A DNA stretch of 64,000 nt from Guillardia theta CCMP2712 (taxonomy: Eukaryota; Protista; Cryptophyta): assembly GCF_000315625.1 (NCBI RefSeq), contig NW_005434619.1:161363-225362 (forward strand). The letters are read 5' to 3'. A model generated the notes under the pieces. It was not told the origin of the DNA. It was given only the letters and a program-made list of their open reading frames with translations, and searched no databases. The translations under genes and the position numbers were made by a program. Below are positions 12,384 to 24,827 of the stretch, in pieces. Position 1 is the stretch's first letter. Every line of letters starts with the position of its first letter.

Positions 12384-15201
12384 ATGGCTGGCTTTCTCGG
12401 TCGGCTGTCGCAAGGAATGGGAGGAGGGTCCCAGGAGGAGGAGGACATCAATGCCCCGATAACCTTCAGCCGCGCAAGGGCCCATCCTCCTCTGTCGTCC
12501 AACGTCGGCACCTTTGGCAGCACAGACACGGGGCTTCGGAGGAACTGGGTGACTGGCTATGTTTCCCCATGATGTTGCATGCGAGTCGCCGCTCCCTCCT
12601 TTCTCGCTCCCTCCCTCCTTTCTCGCTCCCTCCCTCCTTTCTCCCTCCCTCCCTCCTTTCTCCCTCCCTCCTTTCTCCCTCCGTCCCTCTTTTTTCCCTC
12701 CCTCCTTTCTCCCTCCCTCCTTTCTCCCTCCCTCCTTTCTCCCTCCCTCCTTGCTCCCTCCCTCCTTTCTCCCTCCCTCCCTCCCTCGTAGTTTCTTTCA
12801 TGCTTGTTCTTCGCTTTCTCATTGCCCTGCCCCCACCCCCTCGTAATCCCACATGCAGGTTGAGGGCAGCTGGGCATCAGGCTCTCGCTACGGCCGCCTG
12901 GAGAAGGCGCCCTCTAGACCGTTTCTCAGCATAATCCTCATCTCCGCCTTCTTCATCTTCGCCATGGTGGCATCTATCATGTGGTATGACGGCAAGGATC
13001 AGTTCAACCTCAACAACATGCTCCCCTGGTCCACCGGGGGAAGGGGCAGCGGATCTCGCCCGTCGGCGGGGTCTGGTAGAGCACGAGGGAGGGGAGAGAC
13101 GAGACGAGGTGCGAGCAGGGTTCCTGCCCTTGTGCCGATGCAAAGTGACTCGACTTGTCCAGTGGAAGAAGCGAACGAGAAGCTGAAGTTCAAGTACCAT
13201 GAGGCTCTCAGAGACGTCAGAGGACTGGAGAGCAAAGTGAGCCGGGTGGAGGAGAGAATCTGATTGAGGAGGAGAGGCTCTGGTCGGCGGCTGACGAGGA
13301 CGGGGCAGGTTGGGGAGCTGGAGCATCTGGCAAGGGAAAACTCGCGCAAGGTGCAACACACGACTCGGGGGGGGCAGGACGGGGCCCTTGTGGAGGAAAA
13401 GCTCAAGTATGAGGCAGCTGAGCGAGAGGTAGATGCCCTGGAGAGCAAGGTAGAGGGAGGGGAGGATCGAGGACGTCAGGCTGGTGACTCGAGCAGGTGG
13501 AGAAGCTAGAGAGAGAGGCGTTGAAGCAGAAGATGAGCATGCGACAAGGGCAGGTTGGCAACTTATCTCCCTCCTCCTCCTCCTCCCCCTCCTCCTCCCC
13601 CTCCTCCTCCTCCTCCTCCTCCTCCATCGTGACATCCTCCCTCCTGAGTCTGCGTCATCCGGGTCGTTGAAACTAGCATCCTCATAAGGAGCATCTTGCC
13701 CTTGAACGCTTCTCCCCGCCGTCCTTGTTCCTCGCTGCTCCGTTGCATCTTGCGACTGACCCGCTGCCAACTCACAGGCCAGCGACCTGGGGCGGGCGAG
13801 CAAAGAGATCTCAAACCTGCAGGTGTAAAACTCTCAGTCCACCAACGGTTGTTCACCCTTCCCCCACCAGGACACCATGGAGCGGCTGGAGGAGCTCGAG
13901 GCTCGAAGGAGCAGGGTAGCTGATCCCGAGCTGGGCTGAAGCATGGGCTCTGCCTGACCGTAGTGCTGAGCAGGAGCAGAGGATGTCGGAGAAGCAGATC
14001 GCAGCGCTGGAGAAGGAGAACGAGCAGCTTGAGGTGAGGAGGGAGTGGAGGGAACCACGGGACATGACGAGCACCTCGGTCCAGCTGAGCTTGGAAGATC
14101 GAGAGCAGGACAAGTGAGTCACCTGCAGGAGGCCAGCACATCGTCTGAGTGATCCCCTGCTGCAGGCAAGAGATTAAGGCGCTCACAGACAAGGTCGAGG
14201 AGCTCTCAAGGTGGGGACGAGGGCAAGCGGCCGTTCCTCCGCCTCCTTGACTGCCGGCCAGGAACTCGGCGGCTGCTCGCAGGAGTCGGGAGAGTGGAGA
14301 GATCAAGAAGATCGAGGAGGCAATCAAGGCGCATCTGAAAACAGAGGAGGACAGGTAAAAAGCCGTTGACATTGTCTCTGTTCGTCGTTCTTCTACTTCC
14401 TTTCTCCCGTTCACATCGCTTGTTCCCCCTCCTGAAGCTCTTCACAAGGGTTGCCAAGCTTACGAGGCAGCAAATCAAGCTCAAGGCCGAGCTGGAGGCG
14501 GCGAGGGCAGAGGCCCAGCAGTACAGAAAGCCTCAACCAGCTCCAAGGAGGAAGCGCGCGCAATCCTCTCTGCATCTTGGCCCATCGAACGATCTTGAGA
14601 GCACAGGCAAACGTTTGAGCTATGCGGATGAGGTGCAGGTATACCTACTCTCCCTCCTTCCTGCCTTCGGATGATCCGTGTGGTGACAGCAAAAGGAGAA
14701 GAAGGAAGAGGAGAACATCTCGAGGCAGGTGTGAAACGAAGTCCTGTCGCCAGCGCAAGCCCTCTAACGCTCCTGGCAGGCGTCGAGGATGATGAATCAC
14801 AGGGAGGAAGAAAGAGGGCTGGACAAGCGTCATCGCAAAATGCTGGAGGTTAGGAAGAGGGTCGACGTCTGATCTAACAGGAAGAGTCAGGACATGGAAA
14901 GGAGCCAGGAGATGCGCGACAGGACGGCGGATCAAGCAGCCGACAGGTTCCACTCCTCGCCACGCTGCTTCCCCGTGCCTGACATGCCGTGCAAGGGATC
15001 TCAAGGTCAGGGAGAAGGAGATCGACAAGCTACTGGGCACCAACACCAACTGCCCCGGGTGAGATGAGCACGAGGATGAGATCCGAGCATCTGCTATGCT
15101 AACATTGGTCTACAAGGCCGGACTGCATGACCAAGAAGGTCGACCCCTCGATAGTTCAGGTTGCCATTTCAGAGGAGGTTGAAAGGGAATTCTTACTTTA
15201 A
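12384..15201 (+). CDS. Single-TM membrane-anchored long coiled-coil protein with many micro-exons
   Basis: ATG at 12384; hydrophobic helix FLSIILISAFFIFAMVASIMWY; heptad-rich exons (EEANEKLKFKYHEALRDVRGLESK, EKQIAALEKENEQL, KLTRQQIKLKAELEAARAEAQQ); last exon ...VAISEEVEREFLL*. Confidence 0.75.
12592..12787. repeat. Intronic 15-mer minisatellite (TTTCTCCCTCCCTCC)n
   Basis: Directly visible degenerate tandem array. Confidence 0.9.
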
Positions 15202-16166
15202 CTCAAGGCAACGGACTATGCCAGGTCAAGATTCGCCTCCGGAGGAAAGCTCCGCTTTCAGTAGAATGGATTTTAATCATCCACAAATTGAATTTTCGTT
15301 TGCCGCAAAGCTTGTTTGCGTGTCGGGTTAGCTTGAGATGTCGCAGATCATCGACTCTCCGGGTTAGACTTACCATGAGGCGACTCTCGAGGGTGGACTT
15401 ACCATGAAGATGGTTCAAATTGTCGTCTTGGTGTTGGTTTCCGGGACTTACCATGAAGTGGCATGGATGAGTAGAGATGGCGGCGGATGAGGATGAGAAG
15501 AATGATGGAGCATCGGAGTGGTGAAACTTGACAAATGAGCTTAGAGATCAGCGATGAGGACGAGTCTTGACTCTAGAAAAAAGCAGATGCTATGTTAGTA
15601 CTTACGCGAAGAGCGTGGAAGGTATGGATGCGCTTCAAAAACTTGATCCCGACTGTCAAAAACTAGGCTTGAGCCTTGCCCAGCGAGAAGTGTCGCGCTT
15701 GTATCAATCGAGCCCTTGCAACAGTGTTCCTGAAGTCTCGGTGTATGGTTGTTAACTTAAATCATCTTGGTAAGGTTTGCTATTAAATCATCTTGGTAAG
15801 GTTTGCTTGGCAGGTTCCATTTGGTGGAGTCTTGGCAAGACTGGAATGGTTAACAGAACAGGATGTAAATGTTGGTGGGAGAGGTGTTTTGGGGGATTAT
15901 TAACGACGAGAAGAAAATTAAGAGGGAGGGAAGGAACACAATCCGAACAAATGTTCGTCAAGGGGCGACACGGTGGACCAAACTGAAGCCAGAGCACATG
16001 AACATTAATCTGCGACCTTCTGTATCATCATCCAGATTTTCCTCTGTCCCATGTGATCTATGGATCAACAATTCTGAGATCTCTGAGACGTAAACTCTCA
16101 ATCAAGTAGAATTTCCGTCCCAGTAGAGTTGAATTCTTGCTCACTGGAGCAGTGAGGGATTCGAAT

Positions 16167-17288
16167 TCACTTCTTGTGGAGAGAGTTCATATGGTTCCTC
16201 ACTCCCGTGTCAAAGGAGTCCCTCTCGTACCAATGCTGAGCATTGCGACACCCCTGACCAGACTGATTGCCCCCGTCTGACCGACCAGACTTCAGGCAAT
16301 CACAGCATAGGGGGCACCACACCCATTGATGTCTGTCACTGCAGGCAACTGTTAAGTGGCCCCTTTTGTGAGCGACTCGGTGAACTTCCTTGGAGCAGGC
16401 ACTGCCATTCTTCTTGCTGAAAAACTTACAGCAAGACAGGATGCGGCACTGAACCGAATTTCTCTCCGTCGCCTGCTTCTTCGTCACGATCTGTCCATTC
16501 CTCGCAAAGTTGCCTTCTGGTGATCTGCGCTTTGCACAATGTCCGATAGGGGGTCCATAATTCTGAACCTGAATCGGAAAATGCGCTGAACTATGGTTGA
16601 AGAGGATTCTGTGATCATCTCCATCAAACGGGCCTCCAGGTGTCGGACTGGTAGGTTTTGCATAACACATCTGAATGATGAGGTGAGGACAAGACAAACA
16701 GGCAAGACATAATTCAAACCTCTCTCACCCTCCAAATGTTTGCGGAAGGCTCATCGTGTTCCGTCAGCTTCGTGCTGTGCCTCGACTTGGCTTCGGAGAG
16801 CTTGTACCAGCTGTTGCAATTTACAGGTTGTTTCGGGGTTTCACTCTGTGCTTTCACTGTCGCACACTTTTTCTCACGCTGATTCTCGTCCTGTTTTGTA
16901 CTTCCGATGAGCTGATCATAAGTTGTACTCTCAGATTTGATATCGTTGTAGATCTGTTGAATTGTCAACGAAACTCATCAAGCGATGATTCCTTAACACA
17001 AGATACCTTCTGGAAAATGTCTTGTTGGCAGTAATCATCCGACACATCCACGAAGGGACCATGCGATTCTCCTGCGTTGACATTGTCGGCCTTCACATAT
17101 GGGGAAGACCGCTGGACATCTTGACGGCAACCCAGCTCGTGGAAACAGAAGTTGACAGTCAAGCCGTCCGTTTTGCTGGAAAGGGGATGGTCTTGAAAGT
17201 TGATGTTCAGGTCATCGTTCGACAAGAGAAGTTCTTCCGCACACAAGTTTGAGTCCGGGTGGAGGGGAGACAGCATTATCTGCTCCAT
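16167..17288 (-). CDS. Three-exon protein with C-terminal Cys/His-rich putative zinc-binding domain
   Basis: Two short phase-0 GT-AG introns (~16955-17007 and ~16671-16727) join three ORFs. C-terminus: CRILSCC...ACSKEVHRVAHKRGHLTVACSDRHQWVWCPLCCDC...CRNAQHWY...HMNSLH. Confidence 0.75.
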
Positions 17289-18689
17289 CCTGAATGTACG
17301 AGCCGTCCAATGTACAGTGCCTCTGCAGCACGAGGATAACCTATCTGTATCCTATCCAGTTCCGAGGAACAAATCAGACCGATTCGCTAATCCACATGAA
17401 AGACGATTTGAACTCCCAGAGCAGAACAGCGCCAGAAAAAACGATACAATCACTTCCGCAGATCCGAGGAATGGGAACGGGAACAATGTGCTTGTTGACA
17501 GTCACAAGTTACTAGACCCCAAAGACCTCCACTGCTCCGTTTTGTCTTACGCTTGACGGTGGAGGCAGAACACACTATGATCTGCGAACTTCCACGTTTC
17601 CTCTGCTCGGGGTCGCTACCCACTCTTCCTCTTCCTCTTCCGCTCCTGTGCCTCTCTACAACAGCGCTTCCATGGTGAGGGAGATTGCGTATCAGGTGGA
17701 TTTGGGGGTGGGTGGACCAACAGATAAATTACAGGTGGGTCCTTCCAAAACTTTGTAAAAGAGGGGTGGGGGTGGAGCAGCTCAATTTGTTTTGGGTCGT
17801 TGGTGAGCAGAAAAAGGTGAAGGTGGGGTGGGTGTAAAGTTAGGGAAGAATGGGCCGAGAACAGACAATTTGAATAACTTTTTCGCAATTTTGACCAAAT
17901 TTTGTGATCATACTTGTATGAAGATAGAATACTTTTGAATTTTATAATCAAATTTCAATGTTTAGCTCTAAAACTGATAAACCAGGTAGGGGTCAATTCA
18001 ACCAGACATTTCGGTCATGTTCAACCACAACAAGAGGGGTCGGGTGGGTGTACACGTGTCTCATTTGAAAGGGTAGGTCAGACATAATATAGGGAGGGGT
18101 GGATTGGGAAGGGGTAGGGTCAATTTAAGGGCAGTGGGAAGGACGGGTGCCTTCTGATACGACCCTTGTAGCACCTGTGTCTTAGGTACCTACCAACTTT
18201 GGATCGAATACAACCAATGAGTGTAGGAGGTCGTAGGATGCCTATGTTGGACGGAGTCGTTTCCGGTGTGAGGAAGGTCGTAGTGAAGGTACTAGGTTAT
18301 TGTGAGGAGGGAGCAAGCCTCCTAAAAATAATTTAAACTCTTTTTATGAATAAATCCTTTTAAATTCGAGGGTTTTTTAATAAGGGTCATATCGGTTAAT
18401 ATGCACCCACAATCCAACACTACCCTTGTTACACCGGTAAAGTGAGGGGTGATACCAAGAAGCATTGCGGGTAGATTAATAAGCTAGTACTGAATTTGAA
18501 AAGGTGTAGTTTCGCCCAAACAGGCTGCATGATCCATGTCATCGTCACGTTGTTCACACGGACCAACCATGCCATTGCCCAACAGTCAAAAGAGCTGACT
18601 GAAAGCGAAAATGGCAGGTCCGACGGTCACTTTCAAGTTGGTTCAGTCGGAGGCTCGTTCCGAACTCGGCTGCCACTCCGAGTACCTAC

Positions 18690-19470
18690 GGCCCACGGTG
18701 TGACCGACCCGGCACCGCCGGGCCGGCCGCGCGGCCGGCCACTGAGGGCACTCCCGGGCCGGGCCGCGAGCCGGGGCCCCCGGCCGGCGGCGGTCCCGGA
18801 GTCGGCCACGTTGAACGGTCCGATCAACGGTCACGGCGGTCCGATCTGGAACCACTGGCAGCCTGGGCTGACTTTGAACTGACTCGGCGTCCTCGGCCCG
18901 GAGCATGAGACTGAGAGTCATGGCACAGTACCGTGAACTACTGCTGACTCTCCGAGGCTGGGTACGGTCACTGTCAAATCACAGCCTGATCGGACGGTGC
19001 TGGCCGGGCCGCCGGGCCCAACACGGCGCGGCCGAGTTACCGTACCGTACCGTACCCGGTGACCTCACGTCACCGCGTGACTATGATACTAGCGTGCAAC
19101 CGTTCAACGGTTCGGAACGGACTGTGAGTGACCGGGAAGTGATCGGATGATCGGATGGCGTCGGTGAGAGTCATCCGATGATCTCTATCGCCCCGCCGCG
19201 CGGCCGCGGACTTGAACCCCCGGCCCGGTGACGCCGCCGCCGCCGGGGTGAGTACTACCGGCCGCCGGGCGCGCGGCGGCCGGGCCCGCTAGTAGGCCGC
19301 CGCCGGGCCGCCGCCGCCGCTGGCCCGGCGGCCTCGGAGCGGCGGATCATGAGTCTCAGGCTACTTGAGTCAGTGATGACCGGACTGTGAGCTCGGAGCC
19401 TGGAGCGCGCACTGCGCCGCCACGCCGGCACAGCCTGAGCCGCACTGCGCGGCCCAGCCGCTATGGACTC
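18690..19470. promoter_or_regulatory. Palindrome-rich GC island
   Basis: Dense CCGG/GGCC words, perfect 20-bp palindrome at 18721-18740, TGAGTCA at 19366. Confidence 0.55.
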
Positions 19471-19541
19471 CACTGAACTTCCGTACTCGACTTGACTTGC
19501 AACGTGAGTTCAAATCAATTCTAAGTACATGTCTGATTGAT

Positions 19542-20467
19542 CTACTTCTTGGACGGCTTTGCCTGATTGGCCGCCTCATCTTCCTGAGATTCGAGGGGAA
19601 AGTGTCAATTCCGGCAGATAAGAATTATCTTGCAACGACCTGGTTTCGTGGATCATTAGGGTCGTTCTTGTCCCAGAATTCCTCCTTGCCAGCTCCACAG
19701 ATGGGGCACCTGCGCAACACAGCGGGGAAACTAGTGAACACGCGTCGCGAGTAGTTCAGCTCAGACATACTTGAACTTGTCGGGAAAGAATTTTCCCTCG
19801 CGTCCCCTTGCTGGCATCATCTCATATCCGCATCCACCGCAAGCGAAGACATGCTGCAGCACTGTCATTTGAACGTCACAACAACGATCAAAATAAACTT
19901 ACCAGCTCTTCGAGCTCCTGATCTGTCTGTGGAATGTACTTCGTGTCTTTGTTGTCAAGAATACTCCTGCCCTCCATCTGCATGCAGCTCTCACGCAAGT
20001 AGCAATCTTGCTTGTTTCCTGACCTTCTGCTTCACCATCTTCAAGACGGTCAGTCCCCCGATCACTGCCACCCAGAACGGCGCTTGTCCCATTCCAGCAG
20101 TGTTGACGGTTAGACCTCCAATCTTCTTCTCGACGACTTCCTCCTGTACCTGAAACGCAAGAGGGAGTGAGGAATTGCTGGTCGACCTCGATTTTCTTCT
20201 TACCTCCGTCTTTGCCATGAGGTGAACGTTCTCAAGCTTCATTGGTACCTCAATGAGGACCTTCTGGCCATGGCCAAGCCTCATCTGCACACCTGGTCGC
20301 GTTACTCCCCGTTGTGCATTCCTCAAAGGCAATCCCGTGCTTGGTCCTATGTCAAACTCATAAGGGACTGTGCTGCAGGGAACAATGAAGACTTCACCGT
20401 TGATCACAAAGGCACTTGTCGTGCTGATTGACAATACTGAAAGTATCAAACATGATCTGCAGAGCAT
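19542..20467 (-). CDS. Plastid-targeted, membrane-anchored rubredoxin-like protein
   Basis: Signal peptide ending TTSA-F. Hydrophobic segment APFWVAVIGGLTVL. Spliced rubredoxin knuckles HVFACGGCGYEMMPARGREGKFFPDKFK|CPICGAGKEEF; ends EDEAANQAKPSKK*. Confidence 0.85.
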
Positions 20468-22303
20468 GATTGTTCTGACCAGAACATGATGTCAGGATGT
20501 TTCAGAGAGCACGATACACTCGCGATACACTCTCGATTCAAACGTCACAATGACCATCCTTACTCTAGTATCTACCTCTTACAGAAAACACCCATTGATG
20601 ATGTACTCATCATAGTCCCTCATAAAATGTATCGTTATCTAACATTTCAAAAGATGGTTCTCATTCTCAGTCTCACGTATAATCATCTCCACAGAAGACG
20701 ACTTACATCCTCAGAATACATGATCCTCAATATCAAACACAAGAGATTCGAACAGGGGCAGGCAAAACATCATTTAGATATTGCATGGAACAACTGTCAA
20801 AAGTAACAAGACATCGATACACCTTGAGACTACTTCGAGGAGGATCGCGACAAATCCTTGTGCTCTCTAGCTCTGTTCTTCACCTGCCATCCTTCATCCA
20901 TTGCTCTAATTTCATTCCTCTACCTACACCTGTCATCTTCTCTCCTCCGCCACAACAATCATTGCGTTGCCATGCTGCACGGCGGCCGCCGGCGCCCATT
21001 TCATTAGCTAGCTGTCAGGCCAGGCGATGTATCGATTGTTCTGGTCACCCCCACCCCCTCCAACCTACCCTCAATAGAGCCGGCCCCCACCCAGCCTTTG
21101 ATACTACCCCACCCCCTTCTGGATAAACCACCCACCCCATTAAAAATACACCCCCGTCATTCCATGAATTTCACCCCTCCAGCCCCTGATATCGCATCGA
21201 GCTACCACCCCCTGACCCGTGCAGACTAAAACGGAAGTTGTTAGATAGAAGTTACGGCCTATCGGTAGCTGCAGTACCAAGCCAGAATTGCATTACAATA
21301 CAATTTAAATATAATAATATAATTATCAGTACTTATAATGGAGGACTGAATTTGCTCGTACTAATATTGCTTAAAATATTGTAACCGATTCTACTGACCT
21401 CAATGAATGACCCTCCTCACTAGCACAAGAATTCACTCCAATCCAAGTACCCCTACCTCCTGGAAAGTCAAGCCCAAAGTTCTACTACCCCTCAAGGTCT
21501 ATTGACAACCTTGGGTGGAGAACAACCCTACCCCACAGGCTAGGCGTTGTGTGGGGACTACCCCCTGTTACAGATCACCACGCCCTACCGCAACATGCCG
21601 CATCCAGTTCTTTTAGGGGCTGCCCTAGTCGCATGTTTGGGAAAGAATGGGAAGACAGAGAAGAGGCAGCGTAGAAGCTCACATCGTGTAATGCAGAGAA
21701 TCGGCAACTCTAAAATTTGTCTTGCTGTGGGAAAAGGTGCACGGTCAGAAGTTTAAAGAGCTGCGGCTCATGTCAGATTTGCGCTGGTTTACAGCTGTTG
21801 TCTCTAGTCTAGCAGCAACAATGCATTTTCAGACTAAAGGAGTAGTGAGTGCAATGAGTTATAGATGGGTGGCATTCGCTTATCTCGAGGTTTCAGATCA
21901 AGATTTTTGCCATGTTCAAAGGTGTAGATAACTGCTGTATGCATCTCATATGATTGCCCCAGAACAATCAAAGAGGGTTCTGCAAAACAGATTAGGAAAG
22001 GGCTTTGCAAACTCACAAGATGAAAATTTCTGAAGGATTTCAGTTTAACTGTTATAGAATTTTGTGTAATCCTCGCGTGGTAAAACTTGACATTTTTCCT
22101 GCAGCATCAAGTTGCCTGTGTATGAGGGTGTCTTCGACCGGAAGATCGCGCTTCGTTTTTACGTTTTGTCAAGTTCTGACCAATCAACGGCATACAACCT
22201 TGGAGCCCCTGGCATAGCCTTTGGATGTCTTGGTGACAGATCAAACAGATTTTTTTGCTTTTCTCGCCTGCATAACCTGTATGAACTGCGCTAGGACTCT
22301 ATC

Positions 22304-23342
22304 ATGCGCCTTTCAAAGATCTTTTGCATTTTCATTTCGACACTCTACGCCCACCTTTTTGTCGAGGTTTTTGCGTTCTCTCAACCCAAATCCTTGAGGC
22401 TGCGATTCGATGGAGGCAAAGCTGCAAGCAAGGAAGCTCATGGTTTGTCTTTCTCCTTGGCCAAGAACGTTTGTTCAAGGAGGAAGCATGCTCTCAGCAC
22501 TTGCATGCTGGTGGATCTATCTTCGCCTCTCGCCATTGCAGCTCACAGCATGCAGGTCACATCACTTGTCGAATTCGATTCAACTCCTAACAAATTTTCA
22601 GGGTCTATCTGGAATTTTTAAGATTAGCCCGATTCAGATTGATGCTTTGACTGGAATGCTTCTGTACGTCCTAGGCAAGATAACGGCTGATAGAATCAAT
22701 CAGGAAAAGACGAACAAGAAGGAAATCCGACGATGGGGCACTGTTGGAGGTATTGACGGCTGCCTTGCGCACGTTTGGTACATTATCACGGATCACTTGG
22801 CAAGCATCTGCATCTTCCAACAAAAAATCTGGATTGTACTTGTTCAGGTGTTTTTGACGGAGTTGCTGTACACTCCGTTGTTCGTCAGCATTTTTCTGCT
22901 CGTCTCTGCTCGTTTTGATGGCAAGTCTCTGCAAGAATCTCTTGGAAAGGTAAGGACAGGCCTTGTTCCAATGTGGAGGATGTCCACCAAGACATGGATT
23001 CCGATCAACATCTTTATCTTCAGCCTCATCCCCGTCGAAAGGAGAGTGTTAGTTTCCATGTTTCTCAACTACGGCTTCGTGGTCACTCTCGCGCTCTGGG
23101 ACACTGGATGGTTCACTAAGGCCTGGAATTGGTGGAAAAAGAACCAAGATCAGTTCATCACTTCGTATGCTCTCTCCGAAGACCCTCCGGCTACCTCAAG
23201 AACTGAGACAGAGGGAGGGGCAAGTGGTGATATTAGCCGATACCACTCCAACAAACCCTTCACCCCAGGCGACAGGAGCATGATGGTCACAAAGTCAATG
23301 GTTGCATCGGAAAATGCTGAGTTGATGAGAAATTTACCATGA
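22304..23342 (+). CDS. Mpv17/PMP22 family membrane protein with bipartite targeting leader
   Basis: Intron 22556-22622 joins leader MRLSKIFCIFISTLYAHLFVEVFA-F to a domain with GxxDGCLAHVWY, ELLYTPLF and WIPINIFIFSLIPVERRVL. Confidence 0.9.
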
Positions 23343-23699
23343 TGAACCGTGTAGATATGGGAATGAGCTGCTTTTTTTGTGGAACAGAGGTCTTGTTTTT
23401 TTTTGTATTAACATTTTCGACAGTCCCAGACGTATGTTGTATTTGTTGGGACGGAATTTTGCTCGATTGGTTGTTACTTTTTGTACGGACAACTAATAAA
23501 CAGTTTTCGATTTTGAAACGAAAGTGCACGAGCATGTACAGTGCAGAAGAGGGGAATGTTCGGTCCAGTGGAACACAGTAATGCAGTAAATCAACAGTAT
23601 TTATTGAAAAATGGCGATGGGAAACCATCGTTGCACTTGGAATCGAAGCACAAAAAACTAGACAACCGAGTTAGCTCTCGAAATTTGACAATTCAAAAC

Positions 23700-24050
23700 A
23701 TGACATTTTGCATCATTCCTCAACTTTCAGCAAAAAATGACCACACATTCGCGTTCAGAGCGTATATTAATAGAAGTTGAATCATCGGAATCTTGCCATT
23801 TCATCACCATCACTCCATGAATACCTCGTCTGAAAGGGATGGGTTCCTTGAAACGTTGGGGAAACTGTTGAGGAGAATAGACCTGAAAAGCAGAAAGGTC
23901 ACTCTCATTGAAGAGATCGCTTCTCGAGCGGATAATGGAAAGCATGCATCAGTCTGGCGCCAACAATTCGCTTCAACACGGGCGTATATTTTCAGTTGTG
24001 TTGCAAAAATATTGTTTTTCTCGATCATCTGCAGTTTCGAAGACAATCAC
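23700..24050 (-). CDS. Possible hypothetical protein (internal exons only)
   Basis: MIEKNNIFATQLKIYARVEANCW...SSMR joins VYSPQQFPQRFKEPIPFRRGIHGVMVMKW via a short phase-0 GT-AG intron. No homology recognised. Confidence 0.25.
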
Positions 24051-24349
24051 ATAAATTCTGTTCATATCACCTGCAAGAAAAGATCAGAAGCTTGACGAGG
24101 TACACGAATGCGAGTTTGGTCCGCACATTTCTTCTCCATCTCTTCTTTTCCTCTCTTATCTTGCCCCTACCCTCCCCATCGACTCTCTAGAAGTCCCTCC
24201 CCGTCTTTCTCCTTCCTTCCTCGTTCAACAACTCCTCCATCGCTCCCCATCTCCCTCGTGCCCCGGGGGCCCCGCCATCAACTTGAAGTTGCTTCGTGCA
24301 TCTCACCTTTCGCGGCGCGTGCTTCTCTGCACGTGCGGCGGCGGTATTG

Positions 24350-24800
24350 ATAAATAGCCTCCAGGCGGCTCAGCCCCCGGGCCCGGCGGACAGCCGGGGG
24401 TCCGGCCCGGCGGACAGCCGGGGGTCCGGCCCGGCTGACTCATGAGGGCCTCAAGCGACTCAGGGGCTGATTTTCAACTTAACTTTGAGTAAAAGGGGCC
24501 GGACAGCCGCCGCTGCCACAGTCACCCGGCGGGGGCGGCGGGGGCGGGCCACGGCGGCGTCGGCCCGGCCGGCCCACGGGGGCGGGCCCCGGCCCCGGGG
24601 CAGGGCCAGTCAAGTGCCACTCAGCGGGCCAGAGCCTCGGGCGCCCCGGGCCACCTCCAGCCTCGGAGAGTTATCTTAACTCGGCGCTCAGCCCCGGGCA
24701 GGCAGTGTCGGACCGCCGCTCAGTACTGCGGCACGCCGATCCAGGCCCGGCCCTCCCGGGTCCGGGCCGCCGCCCGACCCGGCCGGGACGGACATCTCAG
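24350..24800. promoter_or_regulatory. GC island upstream of the 24828 gene
   Basis: 24-bp tandem duplication 24380-24427, TGACTCA at 24436, AT-rich element 24467-24491. Confidence 0.6.
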
Positions 24801-24827
24801 TGCTTGGAGCTGCTGACTGGGCGCATC

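Noticed and set aside
15480-16100. Possible small + strand gene (YAKSVEGMDALQKLDPDCQKLGLSLAQREVSRLY)
   Set aside because: Could not build a convincing start-to-stop spliced model.
18496-19473. Arg/Pro/Ala/Gly-rich ORFs in the GC island
   Set aside because: Expected from high GC and palindromic composition; no domain or splice structure.
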